Below are positions 32,230 through 41,074 of a stretch of 64,000 nt of DNA, in pieces. Every line of letters starts with the position of its first letter. Position 1 is the first letter of the stretch. A program made the translations under genes and the position numbers. The notes beneath the pieces are model-generated. The model was not told the origin of the DNA and searched no databases. It worked only from the letters and a program-made list of their open reading frames with translations. Source of the stretch: an uncultured Holophagales bacterium (GTDB lineage: Bacteria; Acidobacteriota; Thermoanaerobaculia; Multivoradales; UBA5704); assembly GCA_963842525.1 (NCBI GenBank), contig CAWJGT010000019.1, positions 32,001-96,000 on the forward strand, written 5' to 3'.

Positions 32230-33519
32230 TCACGATCTCTCCGGGGTGCCCGGCTCCAGCACGCGCCGGCCGATATCGTGGCGAAAAACCTTGGCCGGCC
32301 AGTCGATCTCGGCGACGGCGGAATAAGCCCGCCGCAACGCGTCCAGGAGGTCGGGATCGAGGGCGCAGACGGAGAGCACGCGCCCGCCGGCGCTGACCAG
32401 CTCGCCGTCCGACCGTGCCGTTCCGGCATGGAAGACCTGCACGCCCGGCAGGGCGGCGGCGCGGTCGAGGCCGCGGATCGGCTCTCCCGGGACCGGCCGG
32501 CCCGGATAGCCGGGGCTTGCCAGCACGATGCAGGCCGCCGCCTCTTTGCGGAACGACAGGCGCCGGGCCTCGAAGCTCCCCGCCGCGCCCGACGCCAGGA
32601 CCGGCAGCAGGTCGTCCTCCAGGCGCATCAGGATCACCTGCGCCTCGGGGTCGCCGAAGCGGGCGTTGAACTCCAGCACGCGCGGCCCGTCCGCCGTGAG
32701 GATGAGGCCGGCGTAGAGGACCCCGCGGAAGGGGCGCCCCTCGGCGGCCAGCCCGGCCACGGTGGGATGCAACACGGTCTCGACGATGCTTGCCGCCACC
32801 TCCGCCGGCAGGATGCCCGACGGGCTGTGGCTGCCCATGCCTCCGGTGTTCGGGCCGGTGTCGCCGTCGCCGATCCGCTTGTAGTCCTTGGCGGTGGCGA
32901 GAGGCAGCACCCGCTCGCCGTCGCAGAGCGCCATGAGCGAGACCTCCTCCCCCTGGAGGAAGGCCTCGACCACCACCCGGTCGCCGCTGACGCCAAAACG
33001 GCGTTCCTCGAACATGGCCCGCACGGCGGCCTCGAGCTCGCTGCGGTCGTTGGCGACGATCACCCCCTTGCCGGCGGCCAGGCCGTCCGCCTTGAGGACC
33101 ACCGGCAGCCCGAACCGGTCGGCAGCGGCCAGCGCCTCGGCCGCGTCGTGAGCGATGGCGAAGGAGGCGGTGGGGATGCCGTGCCGCTCCATGAACTGCT
33201 TGGCGAACACCTTGCTCCCCTCGATCTCGGCGGCGCGCTGGCTCGGCCCGAAGATCGCCAGCCCGCGGGCGGTGAATTCGTCCACGATGCCCAGGGTCAG
33301 CGGCAGCTCGGGCCCGACCACCGTGAGGTCGATCCGCATCTCGGCCGCGAAGTCCGCCAGCCGGTGGATCTCCTCCGGCGCCATCGGGACGAGGTCGGCC
33401 AGCTCGGCGATCCCCGGGTTGCCGGGAGCGCAGTAGAGGTCGCGCAATAAAGGGCTTTGCCGCAGCTTCCAGCAGAGGGCATGCTCGCGCGCCCCGCCTC
33501 CGACCACCAGCACTCTCAT
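32230..33519 (-). CDS. purD: Phosphoribosylamine-glycine ligase
   Basis: [57 protein letters not shown]. Confidence 0.96.
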   Translation of the reverse strand: MRVLVVGGGAREHALCWKLRQSPLLRDLYCAPGNPGIAELADLVPMAPEEIHRLADFAAEMRIDLTVVGPELPLTLGIVDEFTARGLAIFGPSQRAAEIEGSKVFAKQFMERHGIPTASFAIAHDAAEALAAADRFGLPVVLKADGLAAGKGVIVANDRSELEAAVRAMFEERRFGVSGDRVVVEAFLQGEEVSLMALCDGERVLPLATAKDYKRIGDGDTGPNTGGMGSHSPSGILPAEVAASIVETVLHPTVAGLAAEGRPFRGVLYAGLILTADGPRVLEFNARFGDPEAQVILMRLEDDLLPVLASGAAGSFEARRLSFRKEAAACIVLASPGYPGRPVPGEPIRGLDRAAALPGVQVFHAGTARSDGELVSAGGRVLSVCALDPDLLDALRRAYSAVAEIDWPAKVFRHDIGRRVLEPGTPERS

Positions 33520-34526
33520 GCGTTCCTCCGCTCAGCCGTTTCAGAGACTGTGGCCGCGTCGAGGGCGGCGACGGCCATCACGTCCAGTATGTCTTCTACG
33601 GAGCAGCCCCGCGAGAGGTCGTGCACCGGCCGGGCGAGCCCCTGCAGCAGCGGCCCCACGGCCCGGGCGCCGGCCAGCCGCTCGGTGAGCTTATATGCGA
33701 TATTGCCGGCGTCCAGGTCGGGGAAGACCAGGACGTTCGCCTGCCCACCGACCGGGCTGCCCGGCGCCTTGCGGCGCGCCACGTCCGGCACCAGGGCGGC
33801 GTCGGCCTGGAGCTCGCCGTCCACCTCGAAGCCCACCCCGCGGGCGCGCAGGTGCTCCAGGGCGGCTCGCACCTTGGCGACCTTCGGGTGCGCGGCGCTC
33901 CCCTTGGTGGAGAACGAGAGCAGGGCCACGCGGGGCTCTTCCTCGAGCAGAATGCGGCAGCTCGCCGCGGCGGCCTCGGCGATGTCCGCTAGCTCCTCCG
34001 GGTCCGGATCGGGGATCACGCCGCAATCGCTGTAGATCAGGCCCCGGCCATCGGGCAGGACCATGAGGAAGCAGGAGGAGACCGCGCGCAGGCCAGGCCG
34101 TGGGCCGATCACCCGCAGCGCGGCGCGCAGGGTATCCGCCGTGGTGGCGAGGGCGCCCATGACCGCGCCGTCGGCGCGCCCGGCGGCGACGCGCAGGGCC
34201 GCATAGTGCAGGGGGTCCAGGGCCAGGCGGGCGGCGGCCTCGGGGGAGACCCCCCGCGGCTTCAACCGTTCGGCGAGCCGCGCGGCGAGGTGCGGCAGGT
34301 CGGGCGCGCGCACCGGGTCGAGGACCGGCACGGTCAGCCGGACGCCCGCCGCCGCCGCCGCCCGCTCCACCTTCCCGGGGTCCCCGACGAGGCTCGCCTG
34401 GCAGAGGCTGGTGGCCACGGCCCGCTCCGCCGCGGCGACGACACGGGGGTCCTCGCCCTCCGCCAGCAGGATGGAGGCCCCGACCTCGCCGGCCCGCGCG
34501 CGCAGTCGATCGAGAGGGTTCTGCAA
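33516..34526 (-). CDS. pta: Phosphate acetyltransferase
   Basis: [58 protein letters not shown]; start approximate. Confidence 0.9.
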   Translation of the reverse strand: MQNPLDRLRARAGEVGASILLAEGEDPRVVAAAERAVATSLCQASLVGDPGKVERAAAAAGVRLTVPVLDPVRAPDLPHLAARLAERLKPRGVSPEAAARLALDPLHYAALRVAAGRADGAVMGALATTADTLRAALRVIGPRPGLRAVSSCFLMVLPDGRGLIYSDCGVIPDPDPEELADIAEAAAASCRILLEEEPRVALLSFSTKGSAAHPKVAKVRAALEHLRARGVGFEVDGELQADAALVPDVARRKAPGSPVGGQANVLVFPDLDAGNIAYKLTERLAGARAVGPLLQGLARPVHDLSRGCSVEDILDVMAVAALDAATVSETAERRNA

Positions 34527-34625
34527 GTGGCGCGATCTTACCACCGCAGACTCTCCCTCCCCCGACCCCTCCCCCGCGCGTCCCCCACCCCGTCCCCCCG
34601 AGCGGGAGAGGTCCACGCCAGATCT

Positions 34626-34831
34626 GAGCTGCGGGAGCCGGCCAGGAGTTGGGGGGCGCCGGCCCCCAGTCGGAGCTGCGCTCCCCCGAGTAGGGGGCGG
34701 GCGCTCTGAGTTGGGGGGCTGCGGTCTTGAGCTGGGGAAGCTTTCCCCAACTCGGTGGAGCTCTCCAACAACTCGGTGGAGCTTCTCCCCAACTCGGGGA
34801 GGCTCCCCCACAACTCGGGGAGGCTCCCCCC
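34626..34831. repeat. Inverted arrays of ~21-bp repeats
   Basis: GAGYTG-type units at 34626, 34646, 34667, 34688, 34708, 34729; CAACTCGG units at 34748, 34769, 34790, 34811; centre GGGGAAGCTTTCCCC. Confidence 0.75.
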
Positions 34832-34915
34832 TCGCGGGTCTACCGCACCGGCTTGTCCAGACGCGGCGGGAACATCTCGTCGAGCCCCGCCCCGGTCAGC
34901 TCCCAGCGGAGTCCT

Positions 34916-36433
34916 TCATGGAACGGCATGGGATCGGAGATGGGGATTGCTCCTCGCCTTGAAGAGCTGCTCCTGGAGCCGCCGGACCATCTCCGCGGTG
35001 ACCTGCTCCTTCTCGGCGGCATCCTGGAACAGGATCACCGCTGCGATGGCTTCCCGTTGTACTTTCTGGACCTTGAAGATCTCAAGCATCTGGTCGGCCA
35101 GGATCTTGATTTCCGCGAAACGCCCCTCCTCGCGGTAGAGCAGCGCCACGTCCAGGCTCGCCAGTGCGTAGTCGAAGGGGTTCTCGCGCACCTCGAATTC
35201 GTGCCGAACCTGCTCCAGCTTGGTGAGAGCCGCCGCCCTCTGTCCCAGGCCGGTGGCGCAGTTTCCTTCCAGCCATAGAGTTCTCACAAGGTCCTCGTCG
35301 TTACGCAGCCGCTCGGCCAGCAGGCGTACCTCGGCCACGACCGGTGCCGCCTCCCCGGCCCGGCCCAGCAGGAGGAGGTTCGATGCCTGGTTGAACCGGA
35401 CGCCGAACCACAACCGCGGCTGGTGACCGGCGTCGACCGCCCGCGCCGCCTTTGCGAGCGTTTGAAGCGCCTCTTCGTGCGCTCCTTGGTGTTGGAAGGT
35501 AAATGCCTTGTTGAGCAGGATGGAGCCTTCCTCTTCGGGCCGAGCTAGCGCCAGGGCGTCCTCGTGCAGCTTGAGCGCCCGGGGGAAGAGCCTTTGATCC
35601 CGGCGCAGTGAAGCCTCCATGTCGAGCAAGTATGCTTTGGAAAGCAGGCCCGCCGGGTCTTTCCCTTTGTTCCAGAGGCCCCAGGCGCGGGCAAAGGTCG
35701 TTGCAGCGCCGGGAAGGTCGCGGCCGATCACTCGGTGACCGTTTGCGACGAACCCGGTGCACCAGCCTTGGAGGCTGGGTTTGAAGACGCTGTCCTCCAA
35801 GTGCTCGGCAACAAAAAGGGCCAGCTCGGCCAGCTTCAAGGCCTCACCTGGATCCTTTGCCGCCGCGTCCTCGCTCTGCTTGCAGATGTGCAGGCAGAGC
35901 AGCGGGTCCCGGTACGCCTGCGCGCCCTGGAGGAGGAGCCGCTGCTTGTGCCGCGGGTAGCTCTTCAGCTTCTCGAACAACGCCTCGACCCGTTGCTGGT
36001 CCTGCATCGTGGGAGGGCCGAGCCGGCGCGGCGCGCTCCGCAAGAGCGCATGCTCCGCCCGGGCCAGGGCCAGCGCCCGCTCCACGATGTCCCACACGGC
36101 CGCCCGGGCCGCTTCGCCCAGAACCGTCGTGCCAGCCGGCGCGGTATCCACCTGGCCCAGGGCGAGCGCCCTGCGGACCAGCCGGTGGCACCAGCGGAGA
36201 AAGCCGACGAGCCGCTGGGGCACGCCGGCCGCCGACCGGATCAACTGGAAGGTCGCCTCTCTCGGCCTTTTCTTCCCCTCTTCATAGCGGTGGAGATCGC
36301 TTCGGTCGATTCCGGCCTTCCTGGCAAGCCGGACCTGGGACCATTCTCCTGGCAGCCAACGAAGGAAGGAGATGAAGTCGCCAAAGAGGACCTTCTCGTT
36401 GTGGTCGTCGTGCTCGCCCTTGTCCCGTGTCAT
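34916..36433 (-). CDS. XRE-family HTH + TPR-repeat regulator (paralog 1)
   Basis: WSQVRLARKAGIDRSDLHRYEEGKKRP HTH; TPR-like helices; C-terminal DYALASLDVALLY; GAGGGAG RBS. Confidence 0.85.
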   Translation of the reverse strand: MTRDKGEHDDHNEKVLFGDFISFLRWLPGEWSQVRLARKAGIDRSDLHRYEEGKKRPREATFQLIRSAAGVPQRLVGFLRWCHRLVRRALALGQVDTAPAGTTVLGEAARAAVWDIVERALALARAEHALLRSAPRRLGPPTMQDQQRVEALFEKLKSYPRHKQRLLLQGAQAYRDPLLCLHICKQSEDAAAKDPGEALKLAELALFVAEHLEDSVFKPSLQGWCTGFVANGHRVIGRDLPGAATTFARAWGLWNKGKDPAGLLSKAYLLDMEASLRRDQRLFPRALKLHEDALALARPEEEGSILLNKAFTFQHQGAHEEALQTLAKAARAVDAGHQPRLWFGVRFNQASNLLLLGRAGEAAPVVAEVRLLAERLRNDEDLVRTLWLEGNCATGLGQRAAALTKLEQVRHEFEVRENPFDYALASLDVALLYREEGRFAEIKILADQMLEIFKVQKVQREAIAAVILFQDAAEKEQVTAEMVRRLQEQLFKARSNPHLRSHAVP

Positions 36434-36576
36434 GGCTCCCTCGCAGCGCTTCGGCCCACACCGTTGTGGTCCTGAGTTGGATAAATACACCTGAACCGGG
36501 CACCATGGAGGGGGAGGAGGCGCCTCCACGGCCAACGGCGGCCGTCCTGAAGGCCGTCTCGCCCGAAGGACTCAGC

Positions 36577-36897
36577 ATGCCCCGTCGCCGCATCGCCCTT
36601 GTCCTCCTTGCCTTCCTGGTCGCCACCCTATTGTGCGCACCCGCTTGGGCAGCGCCAAGCCGGTCCACACCCGAGGCGCATCTGTTCGACATCCTCGCAC
36701 GCCTTTGGAGCTCCCTGACGGCCGTCTGGTCGCAGGAAGGCTGCCATCTCGACCCCCATGGCGGTGGCGTGGCCTCGCAGCCCACAACGGATCATGGCTG
36801 CGGGATCGACCCCCATGGCGGCTGCACCGGCCAGGCCCTCACAACGGCTGCGGGCTGCATCCTCGACCCACATGGCGTTTGCATGCCCGGAAGTTGA
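36577..36897 (+). CDS. 106-aa secreted peptide precursor with three GCxxDPHG repeats
   Basis: GAAGGA RBS; signal peptide MPRRRIALVLLAFLVATLLCAPAWA; repeats GCHLDPHG, GCGIDPHG, GCILDPHG. Confidence 0.85.
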   Translation: MPRRRIALVLLAFLVATLLCAPAWAAPSRSTPEAHLFDILARLWSSLTAVWSQEGCHLDPHGGGVASQPTTDHGCGIDPHGGCTGQALTTAAGCILDPHGVCMPGS

Positions 36898-36949
36898 AAA
36901 GGATCTTCTTTTGTTGGGAGGGGCTCACCATGACCCCCTCCCTTGCATT

Positions 36950-38437
36950 TCATCCCTCGAAGCGGAGCTTCGGGTTGCTTTTCGCCATGGTGAGATAGTC
37001 CTGGAGCCGGCGGACCAGCCCCGCAGTGACCTTCTCTTTCTCGGTGGCATCCCGCAAAAGGATCACCGCGGCGACGGCCTCCCGGTGTACCTTCTGGGCC
37101 TTGAAGATCTCCAGGACCTCGCCCGCCAGCGCCTTGATCTCCGCAAAGCGCCCTTCCTGCCGATAGAGCAGTGCCACGTCCAGGCTCGCCAAGGCGTAGT
37201 CGAAGGCGTTCTCACGCACCTCGAATTCGTGCCGCACCTGCTCCAGCTTGGTGAGAGCCACCTCCCTCTGTCCCAGGCCTGCGGCGGAGTTCCCTTCCAA
37301 CCATAGCGTTCTGACGAGGTCCTCGTCGTTGCGCAGCCGCTCGGCCAAGTCCCGGACCTCTGCCACGATAGGTGCCGCTTCCTCGGGCCGACCTAGCAGG
37401 AGGAGGTTCGATGCGGTTGAACCGGACGCCGAACCACAACCGCGGCTGGCGATCGGCGTCGACCGCCCGCGCAGCCTTTGCGAGGGTTTGAAGCGCCTCC
37501 TCGTGCTCGCCTTGGTGTTGGAAGGTAAATGCCTTGTTGAGCAGGATGGAGCCTTCCTCTTCGGGCCGAGCTAGCGCCAGGGCGTCCTCGTGCAGCTTGA
37601 GCGCCCGGGGGAAGAGCCTCTGATCCCGGCGCAGTGAAGCTTCCATGTCGAGCAAGTATGCTTTGGAAAGCAGGCCCGCCGGGTCGTCTTCCGCTTTGTT
37701 CCAGAGGCCCCAGGCGCGGGCAAAGGTCGTTGCAGCGCCGGGAAGGTCGCGGCCAATCACTCGGTGGCCGTTCGCGACGACCCAGTGCACCAGCCTTGGA
37801 GGCTGGGTTTGAAGACGCTGTCCTCCAAGTGCTCGGCAACGAAAAGGGCCAGCTCGGCCAGCGCCAAGGCCCGGTCCGGGTTTTGCGGCGCCGCTTTCTC
37901 GCTGTCCGCGCACAGGACAAAGGCCAATCCCCAGTGCTGGTAATCCGGCGCCCCTTCGATCAGGAAGCGCTGGTCTGCGGGTGCGTAGGTCAGCAGCTCC
38001 CGGGCGAGCCTCCGTCCTTCTTCAAGGTCACGGCGGGCGTTCTCCTGGCGGATCTCCCGGAGGCGCAAGTCCAGGACGAGATCCGACACCTCGCAGGCAG
38101 CGAGGGCCGCGGCCTTCTCGGCAATGCGGCGCTCTTCGGGCGTGGGATCCACCGGCGAGCTCGAGGAAGATTGGGCAGGCAGGACGAGCCGGGCGGCGAG
38201 GACGGCGCGCTCGACCTCTTCGGGACCCAGATCCATGAGCTCGGCGAGCTCCTCCAGGCGCTCCCGGCTCAAGCCGTCGCTGACAAAGGCCGAGATCGTG
38301 GTGGCGGCGACGCCCGCGGCCAGGGCGAGCTTCCTTCCGGTCCACCCATGCCCGCGCAGCAGGAGATCCAGGGCATAGCCAAGCAGCCGAGGACTCTCGC
38401 GAGCGGCCGCGTCCATCGCCTCAGGCAGGTTCTCCAT
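36950..38437 (-). CDS. XRE-family HTH + TPR-repeat regulator (paralog 2; frameshifts near 37781 and 37413)
   Basis: GGAGGAG RBS; GWTGRKLALAAGVAATTISAF HTH; three ORF pieces align colinearly with paralog 1. Confidence 0.8.
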
Positions 38438-38620
38438 GGCCTTCTCCTCCCAAAGATCCTCCAACTCCATAAGAGTAGGTTGCCGCAAGGCGCCCTTTGG
38501 GGACAGAAGGCGAAAACATCCGACTGGGAGCCGCAGCCGTGCGGGTGTTCCGCAATTCGTTGACGGCAAACGACAACGACGTGGTTAACCTCCATGGGTT
38601 GCCAAGGCCAGGAGGTTTGC

Positions 38621-38860
38621 ATGCCCAGGGGCACGGCGAGAGAAGGACCGGCAGGTCAGCCGGCGCATCGGAAGGGCGGTCGCGAAGAGCCGCGGAGCGC
38701 GCACGTCGACGAGCGGCGCCTCCTGCGCGGCGAGCTCGATGGCTGCGAACGGCGCAGATTCCTCTGCCATCTCCTGGAAGGCTGCCCGGAGTGTCTCGCC
38801 ATGGCCCATTGGATCTGGCAGATAGGCGAGCGGCGGGGGAAAGGCCCTGTGGAGTGTTGA
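38621..38860 (+). CDS. Small protein with HLLxGCxxC zinc-finger (anti-sigma zf-HC2-like) motif
   Basis: AGGAGG RBS; LLRGELDGCERRRFLCHLLEGCPEC. Confidence 0.65.
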   Translation: MPRGTAREGPAGQPAHRKGGREEPRSAHVDERRLLRGELDGCERRRFLCHLLEGCPECLAMAHWIWQIGERRGKGPVEC

Positions 38861-39114
38861 CGTTCCAGGAGGCACTGGCGGAGCTCCGGCAGTTGCTGTC
38901 GATGGTTGAGGGGGTGCGGGCGGGCCTGTACATCGTGCACGGGAGCCTTCCGGCAGCGCCGGAGGATCTGGACACGGAAGATTTCGCGGTCCATCCGGAA
39001 GGGGCCAGCGGGTTGCGGAGCGCGATCGAAGGGTTGTTGATGGATCAGGTCGAGCCGGCGATCCGGGCACTGCGGGCGGCCTTGGAAATTCCGGAGGGAG
39101 CGCAGAAGCTGTAA
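38854..39114 (+). CDS. Small helical hypothetical protein
   Basis: Start overlaps upstream stop; ALAELRQLLSMVEGVR...LRSAIEGLLMDQVEPAIRAL. Confidence 0.6.
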   Translation: MLTFQEALAELRQLLSMVEGVRAGLYIVHGSLPAAPEDLDTEDFAVHPEGASGLRSAIEGLLMDQVEPAIRALRAALEIPEGAQKL

Positions 39115-39131
39115 GGAGGGGAGGAGCATCG

Positions 39132-39359
39132 ATGGACGACGACGAGCTGCTGCGGTTCTGCAGGTCCACGGCGCGGGACCCCGACGGGGGAGACGGTTGT
39201 TGCCTGGCGCGGCCTGGCGCAGAGGAGCCGGGAGCGGTCCCGGCCCTGCGGCTGGACCACATTGCGGTGGTGGTGCAGGACCTGGAGCGAGCGGTCCGTC
39301 TGTTCGAGCTTTCCGAACGCCGCGCACCAGGCGCCGAGGGCGGCGAGCCTTCTTCGTGA
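39132..39359 (+). pseudogene. Fragment of a VOC/glyoxalase-like gene
   Basis: GAGGAG RBS; LRLDHIAVVVQDLERAVRLFE is a VOC N-terminal motif, then premature end. Confidence 0.5.
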
Positions 39360-39408
39360 CGCAACAGCCGGACGACCCTGTCGCCTGGCGGTCTCCAACA
39401 ATAACGGC

Positions 39409-40176
39409 CTACCCCTTGAGCACCATCAACCCGGTCGGCTGCGGCACGCCGCCCCAGGGCTCGATGGTGACCGCCCAGACCGGCACCTCGGCGTCCGGCG
39501 GCGCTCCGTCGACGCGCAGCCGGCCGATGCCTTCGTAGTCCAGGTCGAACGTGCCGACCGGCACCGGATGGCCGTCGACGATCCACCAGAGCTCGTAGGT
39601 CTTGCCGGCCTCTGCCGGCGGCAGGTGGAAGGCGTAGAAGACCGCCCGCCGCTGCCGCGGATCGACGAAGGCATAGCCCGAGGCGCCGGGCGCCGGGTCG
39701 AGGCCGGCGAGCCGGACCGACTGCGAGCGGGGCGCGGCGAGGATCGCGAGCGCCTCGGCCAGCTCGGCGCGCGCGGATTCCACCTTGTGCTCCCGGGCCA
39801 CGACCTGCTGCGCCAGGCGGTTCCGCTCGGCGCGCAGCCGGTCGACCTCCTGGCCGAGCCGCACCTGGCGCCAGCCGCCCCAGACCATGAGGGCGAGCAG
39901 GGCCGCCGCGGGGAGGGCCCAGCGGCGCAGCAGGGCGCGCCGCTGCAAGGCCTCGACGCGGCGCAGGAGGCTCCGGCGCGTCTCCGGCGCAGGCGTCGCG
40001 GGCGGGATCGAAGCCACCAGCTCCTCGAGGTCCCCGCGCCACAGGTCGAGCTGCCGCCGGCACTCGCCGCAGCCGCCCGCGAGGTGCTGCTCGAAATCGC
40101 GCAGGTCTTCGCCGTCCAGCGCGCCCAGGACATAGGCCGCCAGCAGCTCTTCGTAATGCGGAGAATGGGCGGTCAT
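39409..40176 (-). CDS. RskA-like anti-sigma factor
   Basis: ELLAAYVLGALD..HLAGGCGEC, TM, coiled coil, LPPAEAGKTYELW, AVTIEPWGG. Confidence 0.88.
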   Translation of the reverse strand: MTAHSPHYEELLAAYVLGALDGEDLRDFEQHLAGGCGECRRQLDLWRGDLEELVASIPPATPAPETRRSLLRRVEALQRRALLRRWALPAAALLALMVWGGWRQVRLGQEVDRLRAERNRLAQQVVAREHKVESARAELAEALAILAAPRSQSVRLAGLDPAPGASGYAFVDPRQRRAVFYAFHLPPAEAGKTYELWWIVDGHPVPVGTFDLDYEGIGRLRVDGAPPDAEVPVWAVTIEPWGGVPQPTGLMVLKG

Positions 40177-40201
40177 CGCGCTCGACGGTGCGCCCCCAAG
40201 C

Positions 40202-41005
40202 CTACGATGCCGGCATTCTGAAGGTGAGGGAGGCCCAGAAGCTCTCCCAATCGGCCCCGGCCTCCTTGGGGGCCGGGATCATGTGCACCGCTTTGACCAG
40301 CCAGTCCCCGCCTTGTCCGAGGCGCAGGAGGACCCGCCCCTGGGCGTCGGACCGGGCGGCGACCTGCGCCTCGGGATCCTCGCGAGGGATCGCCACCACC
40401 AGCGCTCCGGCCAGCGGCTTTCCCTGGTAGAGGAGCCGGACCGGAAGGTCGGCCCCGGGACGCAGGCCGGCCGGGCTCGCCTCGGGCACCAGCTCGAGAG
40501 GCAGCCCCAGGACCCGGTCGTGGCCCTTGCCGCCGGCGGCTCCGACGGTAACCAGAGACTTGGCACAGCGGGAGAAGACCTCCTTGCCGGGGGCCGCGGT
40601 CCTGCCCTGCTTGGCCCGCAGGTCGTGGATGCGCTCGAGCCCCTCCTCGACCAGGTAGCGCTCGAACTTCGGCCCGTCCTGCTCGAGCCGGGCTCGGGAG
40701 CTGTCGTAGGCGATCAGGTAGGTCCCTGGCATGGTGAACGCGGCATAGCCCGCCGGCTCTCCCCAGGGCACTCCCTGGACAGGAGCCTCGCCGGCGGGTC
40801 CGGCCGCGACGAAGCGTTCGAGGAACGACGGATCGCGCGGCACCGGGTCGCCCCGGAAGCCCTGCCCCAGCCGCAGGCGGACCGCGATCCGCTGGCCCGG
40901 CGCGGGCGCGAAGCTCGACGGCTCGATCCAGAGGTCGTGCGCCCACGAACCGGGGGCGGCGAGGAGCAGAAGCATCAGCACCAGGGTGGTCGTCGGTCTG
41001 CGCAT
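40202..41005 (-). CDS. Secreted DUF4198-like protein (possible metal-transport accessory)
   Basis: Signal peptide ending WA-HDLWIEP; FERYLVEEG; FSRCAKSL; WESFWASLTF. Confidence 0.75.
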   Translation of the reverse strand: MRRPTTTLVLMLLLLAAPGSWAHDLWIEPSSFAPAPGQRIAVRLRLGQGFRGDPVPRDPSFLERFVAAGPAGEAPVQGVPWGEPAGYAAFTMPGTYLIAYDSSRARLEQDGPKFERYLVEEGLERIHDLRAKQGRTAAPGKEVFSRCAKSLVTVGAAGGKGHDRVLGLPLELVPEASPAGLRPGADLPVRLLYQGKPLAGALVVAIPREDPEAQVAARSDAQGRVLLRLGQGGDWLVKAVHMIPAPKEAGADWESFWASLTFRMPAS

Positions 41006-41074
41006 GATCTGTTCTTCTCTCTCGCCACCCTTCCACCCCCTCCCTCATAAGTGCAGGAAAGAGGGGTCTGAGCG

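Noticed and set aside
34626-34831. CRISPR or mini-array
   Set aside because: 21-bp period is too short, orientation flips midway, and there are no spacers
35260-37863. DGR-like diversification between the TPR paralogs
   Set aside because: Mismatches are not adenine-specific and no RT is present; paralogy or conversion explains it
38560-38591. Sigma-70 promoter TTGACG...TAACCT for the small genes
   Set aside because: Spacer is 20 nt, too long to call with confidence
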